From: the human T2T-CHM13v2.0 reference genome, Homo sapiens | Assembly (NCBI RefSeq): GCF_009914755.1 | Contig: NC_060929.1 | Reading direction: 5' to 3' (one strand) | DNA: 64,000 nucleotides | Shown here: positions 44,407 through 62,522 of the stretch, one piece after another | Position numbering within the stretch: the stretch's first letter is position 1 | Layout of the letters: every line of letters begins with the position of its first letter | The notes under the pieces: generated by a model | What the model was told of the DNA's origin: nothing | What the model saw: only the letters and a program-made list of their open reading frames with translations | Databases searched by the model: none | Position numbers and translations under genes: made by a program

Positions 44407-44483
44407 AGGTAAGCTTTTTTTAATGTGCAGCAGAAATTACTCAGGGCATTGAATATATTTAGGTTATAAATGCTGTAGAACAC

Positions 44484-45002
44484 TAACAAGAACTGTGAAG
44501 ATTCTTTAACTGTCAGATTTTACATTGCATAGAAGCTAGCAAGTTAGCCTGCACAGTCATGGATGCTGTCAGATGACATTAGTCTTCTGGATCAGAAACA
44601 AAAATTAATCAGGGTATAGCAGGCAGCATGAGCTTCATGTTCTCATGAAGTCCAATCTCTTGCTCCTCAAATCCCAAAGAGGCAGTGTCAACAGGCCCAG
44701 GTGGAGGCTGAGCATGCAACAGGATTGTATCACAGCTGACGAACCTCAAACTTAGGAAACCCAATCTTCTAAAGGGGCTATTAGCAATCCTTTGCCATCA
44801 GTGGGGGAAGGGAGGAGCATTATCTTTTTATCCTGGACAACAAACTAATCTGCCCATTGCCTTGGAGGGAGATACAACCTCTGTCTTCGAAGCCTGTTTC
44901 CTATACAGTTGTCCTTGAAAAGATGATCCAGAGCAAAAGCTGCCAAAGTCTTTGCTCAGAGATATACAGAAATGCAGGAGATCAAAGAATTGTCTCCCAG
45001 GA
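44484..45002 (-). mobile_element. LTR40a-like solo LTR
   Basis: caagaactgtgaag...caggcagcatgagcttcatgt...tccttgaaaagatgatccagagcaaa...gaattgtctccca. Confidence 0.75.
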
Positions 45003-45255
45003 AATGATATATTCTTCATGCTATTATACTTATGTTACCATATATTCTTTATGTGATAATTTAACCAAGTAGTTCATTTTTACTACTCTATTTAAAAACA
45101 AAAAAGGAATACAGAAATTTCAGCTTTTCCTTAGAAAAGTAATGTAGCTATCTAGTTATCACACTAAAACTTATGTGTCCACATGCATTTTTACTAAAAA
45201 TAAAGATAATATGACACAGAATGACTAAAACTTTTCACTTTACCAAACTACTCAC

Positions 45256-45408
45256 CTAAATGGCAAATGACATTTTCAAAGGTTCCTACAAGCAGTACCA
45301 TGTGAAGTACCTAATGTTCACAAGGCCTACTCCTTTATCCAGTCAAAGACAAGTAGGTTAAATTCAACTTATTAGCCAAATATCAATATTCTTCACACAA
45401 ATAAACAC
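45256..45408 (-). other. Candidate cryptic/poison cassette exon of FAM172A (153 nt, in-frame stop)
   Basis: Acceptor gttttctttcag|G and donor TAG|gtgagt. In phase 0 it reads VFICVKNIDIWLIS*. Motif evidence only. Confidence 0.45.
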
Positions 45409-45469
45409 CTGAAAGAAAACTTATTCATTCTGGCATAGTAGGGGATTCAACCTCTTAAAAACATTTTTA

Positions 45470-45888
45470 GGCTCGGCGCAGTGGCTCACACCTGTAATCC
45501 CAGTACTCTGGGAGGCCGAGGCAGGCGGATGACTTGAGGTCAGGAGTTCAAGACCAGCCTGGCCAACATGGTGAAACCCCATCTCTACTAAAAGTACAAA
45601 AAAAAATTAGGTGAAACCCCATCTCTACTAAAAGTACAAAAAAAAATTAGGTGAAACCCCATCTCTACTAAAAGTACAAAAAAAAATTAGGTGAAACCCC
45701 ATCTCTACTAAAAGTACAAAAAAAAATTAGGTGGGCATGGTGGTGCACGCCTGTAGTCCCAGCTACTCAGAGACTGAGGCACGAGAATCGCTTGAACCAG
45801 GCAGGTGCAAGTTGCAGTGAGCCAAGATCGTGACACTGCACTCCAGCCTGAGTAACAGAGCGAGACCCTGTCTCAAAAACAAAACAAA
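45470..45888 (+). mobile_element. Alu with an internal 40-bp tandem array
   Basis: Alu consensus expanded by 120 bp at the left-arm/A-linker region. Confidence 0.95.
45571..45730 (+). repeat. Minisatellite: 4 perfect copies of gtgaaaccccatctctactaaaagtacaaaaaaaaattag
   Basis: Seen directly, no mismatches. Confidence 0.97.
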
Positions 45889-45994
45889 ATTTAAAAAATC
45901 AAATTAGAATTTCGCATAAATTTGTTTTCTTATGTAATGACTCACTACAAAATATTATAGTCATGGGAAGTATAAGTTTGTGTAAAAACAGAAG

Positions 45995-46597
<603 letters not shown>

Positions 46598-46784
46598 AAC
46601 AGGAACTTTTAAACTGAGAATATGCTTCTAACATAACCACTAAAAAGGAACAAAAAAAAAAAACAAAAACCTTTTTGGAATCACATTTTGTAGAAAGAGT
46701 GCATAAACTGCTGCATCTTCAAAACTTTTATTCTGAATATTTAAAATTGGGAAAAACAAAGTTAAAGTAGTATATGTGACATAC

Positions 46785-46885
46785 CTCTCCTAGAGCCTCG
46801 TATCTTTTCTGGTTCCATCTGTGTAAATCTTCCCGGTAGTTAAAAACAAATGGTTCCCCAGTTTTTATGTGTCTTAACTGTCCCT
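46785..46885 (-). CDS. FAM172A: FAM172A/ARB2A next coding exon (101 nt, phase 1-0)
   Basis: cttag|AG GGA CAG TTA...CTA GGA GAG|gtatgt encodes (K)[33 protein letters not shown]. It joins in frame to the 49180-49281 exon (A|AG = Lys). Confidence 0.96.
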
Positions 46886-47864
46886 CTAAGAAGATAAACA
46901 AACAATATTGCTATACTTCAAAGTATATTGACAATAATATAAACAGTACAACAAAGAATGTCTGATAAAAATTTAAAATAACTTTCTCAGAACAGTTTAT
47001 CTTTTTCATTAGATTTTTTTCTTCAGATGTCACTATGATGCAAACATACAGATTATGTAACTACTAATGGTCCCCAACTACTCAAAAGTTATTCTTCTTG
47101 ACCTTCATGTCTCTAATCTAAAGCAAACTAACAATATTTTAAGGCCTAATATGTATAAAGACCTCTCTAGCTATTGCCATGAACATGGGCCCAGTCCTCA
47201 AGAAGCTTAGAGGTTACCTGAGGAGTAAAAGCATAAATATTAAGAAGTTAAGCAACTTTTCAGGAAGCTAAACAATCGAGATTGAAATATGTCAACAGTC
47301 TAAAAATCTGCCACTGGGGATTCATATAGACAATAAAGTCTAGAATGATTTTGGAAACATGAAAACTATCTGTGGGCTAGAAGAGGTTTAGAAGGTTTCA
47401 GTGAGATTTCTCAACTAGGTCTTCAAATACAGGTAGAATGTCAAATGAAAACCAGAGAGAAGCAGTGAGCTAACACAGGTTCAGGCTATCAAATCACATT
47501 CACACAAAGCAAAGATCTTTACGGATAATGACTAAGCTTTACTAATAATTTCAAGGGCACAAGGAATCAAGAAGAATAGGCAAGGCAGGGAGAAGTCTGC
47601 AGCATCTGGTCATTTCCCCCAGGTCCTTTCCTCTCATTGGATAGCACTCTCTGGCCCAAAGTAGATGAGGACTCTACGTGATGCATACAGGTAACCTCAC
47701 ACGCTGGTGAGCATTTGGGTTATAAAATATTTCCATTTTACGTGCCAAAGAGTTGTCCTGCTTATGTGATATTCTGCAGAGAAACATTCCTCATATCTAA
47801 ACCAGTCATCCTGCTCAAAGTATTCTATAGAAAAGGACTCTCCTCAGAGCAAATATTAATCTAC

Positions 47865-48178
<314 letters not shown>

Positions 48179-49126
48179 TAATTTATTAAATGAGTTAATT
48201 ATCAGCATGTTTATAAGGAGAAAAGACGAAGCCACTTGTCTCCTGGACATGACTTTTTCCCCAGGGGTATTCCCGGGGTAATCAGGAGAGAAATACACTA
48301 CAGGCCAATTGCTTAAACTCCTCTTCCCCTCCACGCAACAAATATTACTACTTCTACTGGTATAAAATAACTTTTATTAAAAAGTATAAAAATTAATATC
48401 AGAGAAAAGATCAAAGTTTCTAGTCTCTTATTTTAAACTCAACATCTTAGTACACGATGACTGTCACCATAACTCTTAATATCTATAACTGATATTGGAA
48501 AGGAATATCCACAAATACAGTGATGACAAAGCACCAATTCGGTTAATGCAGAACAACCAATAGAAAACTACAACTCAGATGCACCTACCCTGTAATAATA
48601 TTACCCTTCAAGTGTAAGGGTGTATTACACATGATTCTCTGTTCCAGAAACATCCTTGCAATCTACAGTATGTTCCTCCACATCCCAAGTGTAAAGGTTA
48701 TTGTATTCAGAACTGAATTAATAAATTTTAAAACAAGGATGTTGCCTGAAAAATCATGGAAAACTACTTTAAAACATTGTCACAGATAATTATTGCCAGA
48801 CACTTTATTCTAAATAACATGTGAAACAGTAGCATCTTTCTCTATAATTTAATTAGGAGTTCAAATTGGATACCAGGGAGTTGAACGCTCAAGGTTGAAA
48901 TGCATAAGCTGAATCAAATTCATGACCATTAGTTCACGTAACTTGACAACTACAGAAAATTGTTACTTGTTACTTGGTTCTTTCACTTGAATGAAGAATT
49001 TCACCATGCAAGGATGTCACTATTTCTCAAAAGAATACAGAAAACATTCTACTTGGCCTTTAAAAGTAGCAAATAATATCTGTCTTATTATTCTATGAGC
49101 ACTGATAAATAAATTTTGCATATACT

Positions 49127-49169
<43 letters not shown>
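49127..49169 (+). repeat. (ATAG)~11 tetranucleotide STR, starting 11 nt into the intron after the exon 49180-49281 donor
   Basis: Seen directly. Confidence 0.96.
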
Positions 49170-49170
<1 letters not shown>

Positions 49171-49179
49171 CCCACTTAC

Positions 49180-49281
49180 TTTCATTAAAAGCATATTCAA
49201 ATCCTTCCAGGGTATCAGGAAAATCAAGAGGCGGTTCATCTTTTTTCATTAGTTCATCCAAATCTATCCTAGATAATAAAT
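49180..49281 (-). CDS. FAM172A: FAM172A/ARB2A internal coding exon (102 nt, phase 1-1)
   Basis: Minus strand reads cttttctag|AT TTA TTA TCT AGG...AAT GAA A|gtaagt and encodes (D)[33 protein letters not shown](K), which I recognise as the FAM172A N-terminal region. Canonical AG/GT boundaries. Confidence 0.96.
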
Positions 49282-49814
49282 CTAGAAAAGAAATGATATG
49301 AAATTTACTTATATTCATTTTCATAGTTTGTAACAAAGATTTTAATTTAATTTAATTTAAAGTATTCTTTGTTCTATTAATTTTTATGTGTTGCTTTAAC
49401 TGATAATGCTACTAAATTGAATTCCCAAAATACTATATTATGATCAAGCACAGTATTAACATAAGCACCTTGAAAATCATAATTCTAAAAACAACTACAA
49501 CTCAGATTCTATACACCATTATATTTAACTTCTTCCCTTCAAAATAGACAGCTATTAATTTGTACCTTATTAACCTCATTTAAAAGTTTCAGACATTAAT
49601 ATGACTTTTCAAAAGTCATCAAATCTTATATATAACTGAAACATTTACGAATAAAGAAACTTATAAATGTAAATAGTATTAATATAGCATATTATTCCAT
49701 TTTTAGGGGGAAAACTGTTAAAATAAAACACGCTAACTAGCAAAAATTATTTCACATAGTTTCTGTTCTTCACATCATTTGAATCCATGCAACCAAAAAA
49801 ACTCTGTCAAGGAG

Positions 49815-50121
49815 TTTTTCTTTTTCTTTTTTCTTTTTGAGATGAGGTCTCACTCCGTCACCTAGGCTGGAGTGCAGTGGCACAATCTTGGCTCACTCTC
49901 CAACCTCTGCCTCCCAGGCTCAAGTGATCCTCCCACCTCAGCCTTCCGAGTAGCTGGGACTACAGGCGGGTGCCCCCATGCCAGGTTATATTTTGTATTT
50001 TTCACAGAGATGGGGTTTCACCATGTTGCCCAGGCTGGTCTCAAACTCCCGAACTCAAGTGATCTGCCCACCTCAGCCTCCCAAAGTGCTGGGATTACAG
50101 GCTTAGCCGCCATGCCTCGCT
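49815..50121 (-). mobile_element. Alu (AluJ-like), followed by an old antisense L1M 3' fragment (~50125-51105)
   Basis: Alu consensus. Old L1M-like 3'UTR text (ccaggattccattcaggacaccacattacat). Confidence 0.85.
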
Positions 50122-51984
50122 GAGTTTTGGAGTAATTTTAGATTGATGGAAAAGTTGAAAGACAGTACGAAGAGTGTGTTATACCCTTTACTCACTTTCC
50201 CCTATTAGTAACATTTTATAACATCATGTCACATTTGTCAAAATGAAGACACCAATATTGGTACATTACTACAAACTAAAGCCCAGGCATTATTCATATT
50301 TCACAAGTTGTTCCATTAGTGTTCATTTTCTTTTCCAGGATTCCATTCAGGACACCACATTACATGTAATTATTATCTCTCCCCAGTCTCTGTGGTCTGT
50401 GATAATTCTCAATCTTCCCTTCTTTTCCATGATCTTGACAGTTTTGAGGACTGTGTCAGGTATTTTATAGAATGACCCTCAATTTGGGTTCGTCTAATGT
50501 TTCTGCTTATGATTAGACTAGGGTTATGATTTCTGGAAAGAATATCACTGAGGTCAACTGCCATTCTCAACAGATCATGGCAAGGGGAACATGGTATCAA
50601 CAGGACATCACCAGTGATGCTAGCCTTCATTACCTGGTTAAGGTACTATATGCCAGGCCTCTCCACTATAACGTTACTGTTTTTTTCCTCTTCATAATCT
50701 ATTCTTTCGAGGTGACTATGTCTGGCCCACCCTCAGGGAAAAAGAGGAGGAATTATTCTCTACCTCCCATAGCAAAGAACACCTAAATATATTATTGGAA
50801 TTATTCTGTATGGAATATTCATCTCTCTTCATCCATTTACACATTTACTCAATCACTTATTTATATCAGTATGGACTTGTGGACACTTATTGTATACTTT
50901 AGGTTATAATCCAATACTACATCATTCATTTTGCTCCTCAAATTGTTCCAGCCATGACTATTGTAAGCTCCTTTTTAGATGTCTCCTGTGTCCCTTTGAC
51001 ATGCTCTTACCTTTTTGCTTTTCATGCACTTCCTTACTTTCTACTACTAAAAGATGCTCCAGCCTCATCTTGTATCTTTCCTGTACCAGCCCTAGAATCA
51101 GTCTGTCAACAAGCATTTAATATCTTTTAGGTTCATATTGTAGGATGAGGCAAAAGTTCTCACTATCTGTCATCACAGAGTCATTTAAAAATGACACAAA
51201 AAATTTAAAACTTCAAATTTACTCATTTCCAAACAGATGTGGAATCATTTTTGTCTCATCAATAAATAAAGGTTAGTTAGGTTTTGAGCCTCTTCATTCT
51301 AACTCAAGTTCCTGAAGACAAACACTCTTAGAATATGTTGTGAGGCAAACCAGTCCCTTTCCTACAAAAGAAATATCTCAGAAATAACACTTTATTTCCG
51401 TCTCTCACAGAAATATAACAAATCTTTCTGTATAGAACATCATCAAAATATGCTAGAGAAAAAAGTATTTTGTCTACCTTCAGTCACTAGCCTCTCTCTG
51501 TAGAACACAAAAACAAGCCATCAAATGCTTCATTAAAAGAACCACTGTTTAGCACTCTTCTAACTCTTATATCAAATTCAACTCACATAAAAATATACTA
51601 TCCTCAATATAAAAAAAAAGTTTGTACACTCTAGTAAGACAAAAATGTCACATATACTGGGTTTAAAAAGGGACATATGTTGACAATTCTTCATTCATTA
51701 GTAAAGTTCTTACCACCTTGTAAATCTTTTCAAAATAAAGACAGAAGGGTTTTAATATCAAAAATTGACTTGCAGTAGCCAGAATGTTCTCATTTTCCTT
51801 CTTCCAATGAATTGAGGCTCTGGGACAAAATCAGATTCCTTGACTTCGCAGTCATCTACAATTCAAAACTTACAAACCTTTTAATCAGACATCGAAACTG
51901 TCCATACATAAGCAGATCTTGCTTCTAACAGCTCTTTTCTGTATCTGTTAGCCTAGACCATAAATGCAGCCTTACATCTATATA

Positions 51985-52180
51985 TCACTTTAAAGATTTC
52001 AAAGCACTTTCATATACATTACTTCATTTGATCATCACAATCCTATGAAATAGTAACAAGTATTATCATATTCACTGTCTTTCAGACAAGAAAATGAACT
52101 CAGGTAAAATGGCTTGTCCAAAATCACAGCTTAGTAGTAGATGGGATTAATAAAATAAGCATATCCCTAAAAGCCAAAGT
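51985..52180. mobile_element. MIR fragment
   Basis: cactttcatatacattacttcatttgatcatcacaatcctatgaaatag...cagacaagaaaatga...ggcttgtccaaaatcacagct. Confidence 0.7.
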
Positions 52181-52724
52181 CAGCACTCTTTCAAAAATCA
52201 CCATACTGATTCTATATGCTATATCAACCTTATAATACTCTAGCCCTCCTTTTCTCTGATTATATAGAATAAACAGTTATGAATACAAAAATGTGCTTTG
52301 GCTTTGCTCAAAATGTTCCTTTGAATGATAAAACGAACAACTAAATAAAAAGACATTCCTCAAATTTTTCCTGTCAACTAGAGAACCTGATATAGATTTT
52401 TTTATTTCATTAGCATTGAGAAGACATACAGAAAGGAACTGTCAGAAATTATTTTTCTGCTTTGTAAGAGAAAAGCAATAATGTAAAGTTGCATTTTACC
52501 CTGAGACTGGGTTCCAAAGGCAGATTATGCAAAAATCGAGTATAATGAAAGATTTCCATTGAAAATCCCTTCAATAACCTATAAAATACAATAGATTTGA
52601 ATCCATATAACCTAAATATGCATCAGATATGACACGACTGTTTTTAAAGCATGGCTCTAGTGGTTAAAGTGATCCAGCAACTAGAATTCTAAACCTCAAC
52701 TAAGCATATAAAACAACTGTATAA

Positions 52725-53625
52725 AAATACGATTTCATACCCAAAAGGAAGCAGGAACTCAAACAGATATACTTGCACATTAATGTTCATAGGAGCATTA
52801 TTCACAATAGTCAAAAGGTAGAAGCACCCCAAGTGTACATAGATGGGTGAATGGTATGATGGCTAATTTTATATGAGACTGGGAAATAAGGTAACCAGAT
52901 ATTTGATTAAATATTATTCTGGGTGTGACTGTGAGGATGTTTCTGGATAGGATTAACATCTGAATGGGTAGACTTAGTAAAGCAGATTCCCTCCTCAATT
53001 TGTATGAGCCTCATCCAACTGGATGAAAGTGTGCACAGAGCAACAACGCTGAGTAAAGGAGAATTCACTCTCTCTGCCGATCTTCAAGCTGGGAAATTAG
53101 TCTTCTGCCTTCAGATTTAGACTGGAACTCACACCATCAGCTCTTCTGACTTGAACTTTACTGTCAGCTCTCCTGGGTCTCCAGCTTGCTGATAACAGAA
53201 CTTGGGTCTTCTCAGCCTCCATAATTGTGTGAGTCAATTCTTTGTAGTAAATATTTCCTTAATAAAGAAAGACATTCTTACACAAAACTGATGTACCTTG
53301 AAGATATTATGCAAAGTGAAATAAGCTGACACAGAAGGACAAATATTATATATTATATGATTGCACATTTCTGAGATTCCTAGAGTCATCAAACTTATAG
53401 AGACAGAAAGTAGAACGGTGGTTGCTGAGGGCTGGGCAGAGAGGGGAATAGGGAGTTATTGTTTAATGGGTATAGGGTTTCAGTTTTGCAAGGTGCAGAG
53501 TTCAGGAGATGGATGGTGGTGATGACTGCACAACAATGTAAATGTACTTTATGCTACTGAACCCTATATTTAACAACAGTTAAAATGGTAAGTTTTACAT
53601 TATGTCTATTTCATCACAATAAAGA
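52725..53625 (+). mobile_element. L1MB-like 3' end with an inserted MLT2-like LTR (~52854-53255)
   Basis: gcattattcacaatagtcaaaagg...gagacagaaagtagaacggtggttgc...cacaataaa. The MLT2 starts tatgatggctaattttat. Confidence 0.8.
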
Positions 53626-53689
53626 AAGTACCATTTGGCATCTTTATTTTTAAAAACTGTATTAAATAAATGAGTATTTAAAACACTAT

Positions 53690-58325
<4,636 letters not shown>

Positions 58326-58326
58326 G

Positions 58327-61300
58327 AGGGGGAGGTGCTTCAAGAAGGCTGCCTAGAGGCATTTGGTACTCACCTTATCTACAAAGAAGAGCCAAAATGC
58401 AAGTAAATAATCACATCTCAAACAGGTCGTCGAAGATAGAACACTCTAATTTAATAGAAAAGTGACAAGAAACACCCAAAAAGCAAAGATAAAAAGGGAA
58501 ACGAGGCAACCTGCTTAGCTGAGATCAGCTGGGAGCCTGGAGAGGCTCCCCAGTGTGGGAAAAGGATAAGTGAAAGACCCCCAGCAGTTCAAATTCCCAC
58601 CACAGACCCCTGCAATCCTAGCCATGCAAGAGCTCCTCAAACCCCATGGGCCCTGAGAATAAAGTAGGAAGCTGCCTGAAGACTGTGCAATGCCATGGCT
58701 CTAGAGAAGGAGCTCATGCTGAGCCATACACAACTCCTGAGTCCCAAGCAGCTACGGTAAGGTGCCATTTTGAGAGCCCAGCCCCTATAGAGCTGCATTC
58801 TGTCCCCAGGAGCCAACAGCCCCACATCTCCACATCACTGGATCCCCACTGACATCACCTGCCTACAGCGACTGCTGCAGCCTGGCTAATGCCACCTGGG
58901 CAAAAATGCAAGCCATTAGCAGCAACCCCATTGCCCCAAACAGCAAAACCATGGCACATTTTCACATGTCCTGAGGATACACTCCCCTAAGCATGGCAGC
59001 CCCACAGCAGGCTGCTGCCACTGGGGCCAAAGCACAAGCAAAGCATGCAATCCCAACCATTTATCTATGGCTAGAGCCACTGAAAGCAACTTCACCCTCC
59101 CTAGCATAGGGCGGTGGTGCAGTCACTGCCGCCCATACTTGAGCATTCCACTGAGGGGCCTAGAAATAACCCCACCCCCGCCTACCAGAGCCAAGGTCTA
59201 CATGTACCACAGGTGGTGGGAAGAGGGCAGGTCCACCTGGCCTGGCACACCCCCTAGCAAGAGCCTGAGCATGCCATCCAGGGGCCTGGGGATTGCCAAG
59301 CACCAGTCCACCACCACTGTCACCTAAGTACTCCTCCTAGGGGCCTCAGAATGGGCCCATCCAATTGCTGCTACCAACACAGTCATAAACCTCACACATG
59401 CCACCTGCAGGCCTGGGCACTGTCCTGCCTAGCCTGTCGTACCTACCATCAACAAAATCGTGAACTGCTCAGAACTCAGAGGTTAGTCCTACTACTGCTA
59501 CTACCATAGCCCATACCATACCCACTGTTCAGAGACCCAAGAACCCATCCACTGGCCTGACCCACTGGTGCCACTATAGGCACACAAGTAAGCCACCTAG
59601 AGATCCAACAATCAACTGCAATAGACTACCCAACACCAGTGCCAGCATATGCCTCCCTGGAACCTAAGGACAGGCAGGCTGTGCCTGTGCTGCCAAAACT
59701 AGAGCCCAAGGAATAGCCTACCTGGTATCCCTGTCCCCAGCAAAACCTCACCACAGCCTCCACTAACAACTGCACTCTAAGCCACTGACACCACTAATGA
59801 GGTTTACAGCTGAAAAAAATCATACAGAAATTACATGACTGCACACACCCAGAATCAAAGCCAAAGTACTCTACTCAACCAACACCATAGATACATTTTA
59901 AGAAAAAATCATCCATTATGATAGCAAATTCAAAAAATTGGAAGAGTTGATTCTCACACCAGATACCCAGATATCAATGTAAATATATAAGAAACATTAA
60001 AAAAACAAGGACACTTCAAAAGGAGCACAATAACTCTCTGGCAACAGATTCCAATCAAAGAGAAATTTATGAAATCCCAGAAAAAGAATTTAAAATTATT
60101 TTAAAGAAGCTCAGTAAGATACAAGGGAATACAAAAAAGCAGTAAAAAGAAATCAGAAAAACAACTCAGGATATGAATGAGAAATTTACCAAAAAGATGG
60201 ACAGATATAAAAAAAGAACCAATCAGAAATCCTGGAACTGAAGATTTCACTGAATGAAAGATGAAACATATTGAAAAGCTTCAATAACAGGCTAGATCAA
60301 GCAGACCAATGCATTTCAGAACACAAAGACAGGTCTTTTGAAATAGCTCAATCAGACAAAAAATAAAGAAAAAACAATGAGCAAGGGCTATGTGATATAT
60401 GGAATACCATAAAGCTATAAAATACTTGAATTTGTGGTGTCCCAGAAGGCAAAGAGAAAACAAAAGGGTTAGAAACCCTATTTAATAAATAGCTAAAAAA
60501 CTTTCAACGTCTAGAAAGAGATTTAGGCTTCCAGATACAAGAAGCACATAAATCCCCAATCAAATACAATGTAAAAAGATCTTCTCCATCACATATTATA
60601 GTCAAACTGTCAGAAGTCAAAGAAAGAATTCTAAAAACAGCACAAGGACAGTAGCCACTCACTTAGAAGGGAACTTCTATCAGACTAATAGCACATTGCT
60701 CAACAGAACCTTACGGGCCAAGACGAAATGGGATAACATATTCAAAGTGCCGAAAGAGAGAAAACTGCCAGCCAAGGATGCTATATCCAGAAAAGTTTTC
60801 CTTCATAAGTGAAGAAGAAATGAAGTCTTTCCCAAACAAGCAAAAACAGAGAATTCATCACTACTAGACCAGATCTAAGAGAACTGCTTAAGGGAATCTT
60901 AAACCTGGATGCAAAGGGAAGATATCTAGCACCATGTAAAGGCACAACAGAATAAAACTCACTGTTAGAGGAAACACACAAATTCGAAGGGAAAGAACTC
61001 AAATGTTACCACTATAGAAAACAACCAAACTACAACAATAAACAATAAGAGAAAAAGAAAAAAACAAAGGATATTAATGCAATAAGAATCAATAAATAAA
61101 ATTTTAGAAATAAGCCCTCGCATATCAATAATAACCTTTAATATAAATGAATTAAACTTTCAATAAAAGACAGAGACTTGCTGAATGGATTTTAAAACAT
61201 GGCCCAACTACATGCTGACTACAAAACACTCATCTTATCTGTAAAGACACATAAACTGAAAGAACAGGGATGGAGAAAGACATTCTGACTGGGCACAGTG

Positions 61301-62474
61301 GCTCACGCCTGTAATCTCAGCACTTTGGGGGGCTGAGGCAGGCAGATCACTTGAGCTCAGGAGTTTGTGACTAGCCTGGCCTACATGGTGAAACCCCATA
61401 TCTCCAAAAAATATACAAATTAGTCGGGGATGGTGGCACATGCCTGTAGTCCCAGATACTCAAGAGGCTGAGGTGGGAGGATCGCTTGAGCCCAGGAGGT
61501 AGATGTTGCAGTGAGCTGTGATCATATTACTGCACTCCAGCCTGGGTGACACAGTGAGACCCTGTCTCCAAAAAAAGAAAAAGAGAAAGACATTCCATGC
61601 AAACGAAAACCAAAAGTGAGCAGGAGTAGCTATATTTATATCAGATAAAGCAGAATTTAAGTCAAAAGCAGTAAAAAGAGACTAAGAAGGTCATTATATA
61701 ATGATAAAGGAATCAATTCAGCAATAGAATATAACAATTCTAAACATATATGCACTCAACACTGGAGCATACAGACATATAAAGCAAACATTATTAGATC
61801 TAAAGAGAAAGATAGATTCCAATAAAATAATAGTTGGGGACTTTAATTCTTCACTCTCAGCATTAGACAGATCATCTAGGCAGAATATTAACAAAGAAAC
61901 AGATTTAAACTACACATTAGATCAAATGGACCAAACAGACATTTACAGAACATTTCATCCAAGAGCTGCAGAGTATACATTTTCTTCATATCAACACATG
62001 GAGCATTCTCCAGGATAGACCATATGTTAGGCCACAAAACAAGACTCAACAAATTTTACCAAAAAAAAATCATATCATGTATGAAATCAATAAAAAGAAG
62101 AACTTCAGAAAATGTACAAATACATGGAAACTAAACTTGCTTCTGAATGAGCACTGAGTCAAGGAAGAAATTATGAAAAAATAAAGACTGCCTTGAAGCA
62201 AATGAAAACCAAACACGACATACCAAAACCTACGCAAAACAGAAAACGCAAGGGTAAAAGGAAACGATACAGCAATAAATGACTACATCAAAAAAGTAGA
62301 AAGATTTCAAATAATCTAAGGATGCACCTCAATGAAGAGAAGAAAAAACCAAACCCAAAATTAGAAAGGATAAAATAATAAAGAGCAGAATTATATGAAA
62401 TACAGATAAAAAATCAACAAAATAAAAGGTAACTTTTTTGAAAAAGATAAATTTCTAAACAGCTTGCCAGACTA

Positions 62475-62522
<48 letters not shown>

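Noticed and set aside
45571-45730. CRISPR-like array
   Set aside because: Head-to-tail repeats without spacers, derived from Alu, in a primate genome with no cas genes.
48591-48629. Small imperfect hairpin tgtaata..accctt/aagggt..tattaca
   Set aside because: Short, AT-rich and bulged; compatible with chance, and no ncRNA motif is recognisable.
49088-49336. 82-aa ORF as a stand-alone gene
   Set aside because: Only 49180-49281 is exon. The rest is intron read-through, including the STR-encoded IYLS repeats.
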